A stretch of 64,000 nt of DNA, taken from Adineta vaga (Eukaryota; Animalia; Rotifera). Numbering within the stretch: position 1 is the stretch's first letter; every line of letters begins with the position of its first letter. The DNA lies in assembly GCA_021613535.1 (NCBI GenBank), contig CP075492.1:2170001-2234000 (forward strand). Reading direction: 5' to 3'. The notes under the pieces are model-generated. The model searched no databases, had not been told where the DNA came from, and saw only the letters and a list, made by a program, of their open reading frames with translations. Positions 62,582-64,000 of the stretch are shown in pieces. The position numbers and the translations under genes were made by a program.

Positions 62582-62641
62582 GGGTGTGGGTGTGGGTGTG
62601 GGTGTGGGTGTGGGTGTGGGTGTGGGTGTGGGTGTGGGTGT
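62582..62641 (+). repeat. Interstitial (GGGTGT)10 telomere-type array
   Basis: Ten perfect hexamers. TGTGGG is the reported Adineta telomere unit. The array forms the left arm of a hairpin-family copy. Confidence 0.9.
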
Positions 62642-62782
62642 GCGCACTACATCTATCTAACACCCGTACCCTTCTTGATCGACATGTAAACAACTGAAAA
62701 TTGTTTTCTCATCTTTAACATCGTTGGTAACATCGTTTGCTAGTGGTGATGCTTATTCGATAATAGAGTTTTTAGAAGGAAT

Positions 62783-62831
62783 GCGGGGTGTGGGTGTGGG
62801 TACTATATCTATCTAACACTCACCCTCAAGA
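62783..62831. repeat. Inverted telomere-like hairpin element
   Basis: GGGGTGTGGGTGTGGGT-ACTATATCTATCTA-ACACTCACCCTCAAGA; the spacer resembles that of the 62575 copy. Confidence 0.8.
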
Positions 62832-63007
62832 TATATCCACTCGCCTGACATCACTTAAATTTTTATTCAAACATATTCTTAATACTTTCATAGTATTAAA
62901 TAGTAAAATATAATATAAGTACTACTCATACAGAACAAAATCATTCAGACAAAACTTAGAAGCAGAGTTCAAGAATATGTTATTGTCCGCGGTTTATTGA
63001 GACTGCG

Positions 63008-63969
63008 TTACCCATCGACTAGATTATCGATTTGATTTTTCTGTCGACAAAATAATATTCGCTTTTTGGTTGCTCGACGAAATTTCGGTGATGAAATGAA
63101 AAACACATAACAAGTTCCCTACAATAGAAATCCTTCATCAAGGTTCTATAAAATCAATATCATACCGCATAGTAACCATAATTCCACAAAGTAAGTAACG
63201 TAGCGACGAAACTCTCATGTTTAAGCCGAGTTGCATCTTTCGTTTGATTTTTTGTAATATAAATATATGTAACAATAACTCCATATGGAATTAAACAGAC
63301 ATTCACCAGAATAACTTGAAATAATGTCATTCGTACTACCTGCTGGTCAGCATGTTTATTGACAAGAGCTCGGATCGAATGAATATTTCGATAAGTCAAA
63401 TATCCAAATAAAAGCGTCATTATAATTGGAATAACAGCCAGTAAACCAAGAAGAAATACCGATCTGTACTTCACAAAGTAGCTATACGTGATTTCACACT
63501 TTCCTGTCGTAGGCAAAATTTCATAAGACAACGCTGCAGGAATTCCTTGAAGATTCGATATAATTATCATAATGAGAACGAAACGGTGTGCCCATCGAAT
63601 ATTGCTTAAACGCCGTAGTTTTACATGACGTGATGTGACCAGAAACTGATCGATCATTGCCATACACGGACATGTTACTACAATCATAGAGAGAGTATAG
63701 AGTAAATAGTTTCTTGCCTTACACCAATGTGTCGATATTTGTGTTACATCGATGTTAAAACCGAAAGCAATACGAGTAGAAAGATTAATCATAAGGAAAG
63801 CAGTGTTGAAAATAGAAGCAATAAGAAAATAAAATGTGGCAGGATTTGTACGATAAGAACGAACAATTGAAAATATGTAAACATTTATAGTATTTCCTAA
63901 GACACCAGTGATGAGAAGACAGAAACCACCATAAATTGTAATTTGTTGAGCAATGTAAATCAATGACAT
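63008..63969 (-). CDS. Rhodopsin-like GPCR (intron 63119-63165)
   Basis: GVLGNTIN, MIDQF and a spliced last exon GTCYVFFISSPKFRRA..DG*. Confidence 0.88.
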
Positions 63970-64000
63970 ATCTTTACTTTAGATAAATCCACAAATCGAT

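Noticed and set aside
62502-62693. His-Thr repeat ORF
   Set aside because: It is a translation artefact of the (GGGTGT)n array.

Overview
AT-rich eukaryotic DNA with short (about 47-73 bp) GT-AG introns. The gene content and the (TGTGGG)n/(TGAGGG)-type repeats point to a bdelloid rotifer (Adineta/Rotaria-like); this is an inference. Host genes: a small secreted Gly-rich peptide; three LDLa-EGF-7TM receptors (one disrupted); several rhodopsin-type GPCRs and GPCR pseudogenes; a SLC30/ZnT zinc transporter; an NCS-type EF-hand protein; a GPI-type astacin; two ART-TPR proteins; a frameshifted MPEG1/perforin-2; an Ig-domain protein; a fungal Kex1-like carboxypeptidase; and decayed, apparently foreign genes (a bacterial-type Cys/Trp zinc-finger gene and a GH16 fragment). 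Mobile DNA: (i) the 3' end of an Athena/Terminon-like retroelement (coiled-coil ORF, two tandem U3-A8 variant hammerhead ribozymes, reverse-telomeric tail); (ii) a complete piggyBac (12447-21167, TTAA TSD) whose transposase is interrupted by a 5.6-kb P-superfamily element and a 223-bp solo LTR; (iii) a probable non-autonomous Helitron inserted in a start codon. The best novelty candidates are two. The first is the THAP-less P-like element, which carries two divergently transcribed genes that share a homologous N-terminal domain, plus helically phased AAGTA arrays at both ends. The second is a family of about 16 short inverted telomere-repeat hairpins that occupy most intergenic gaps.
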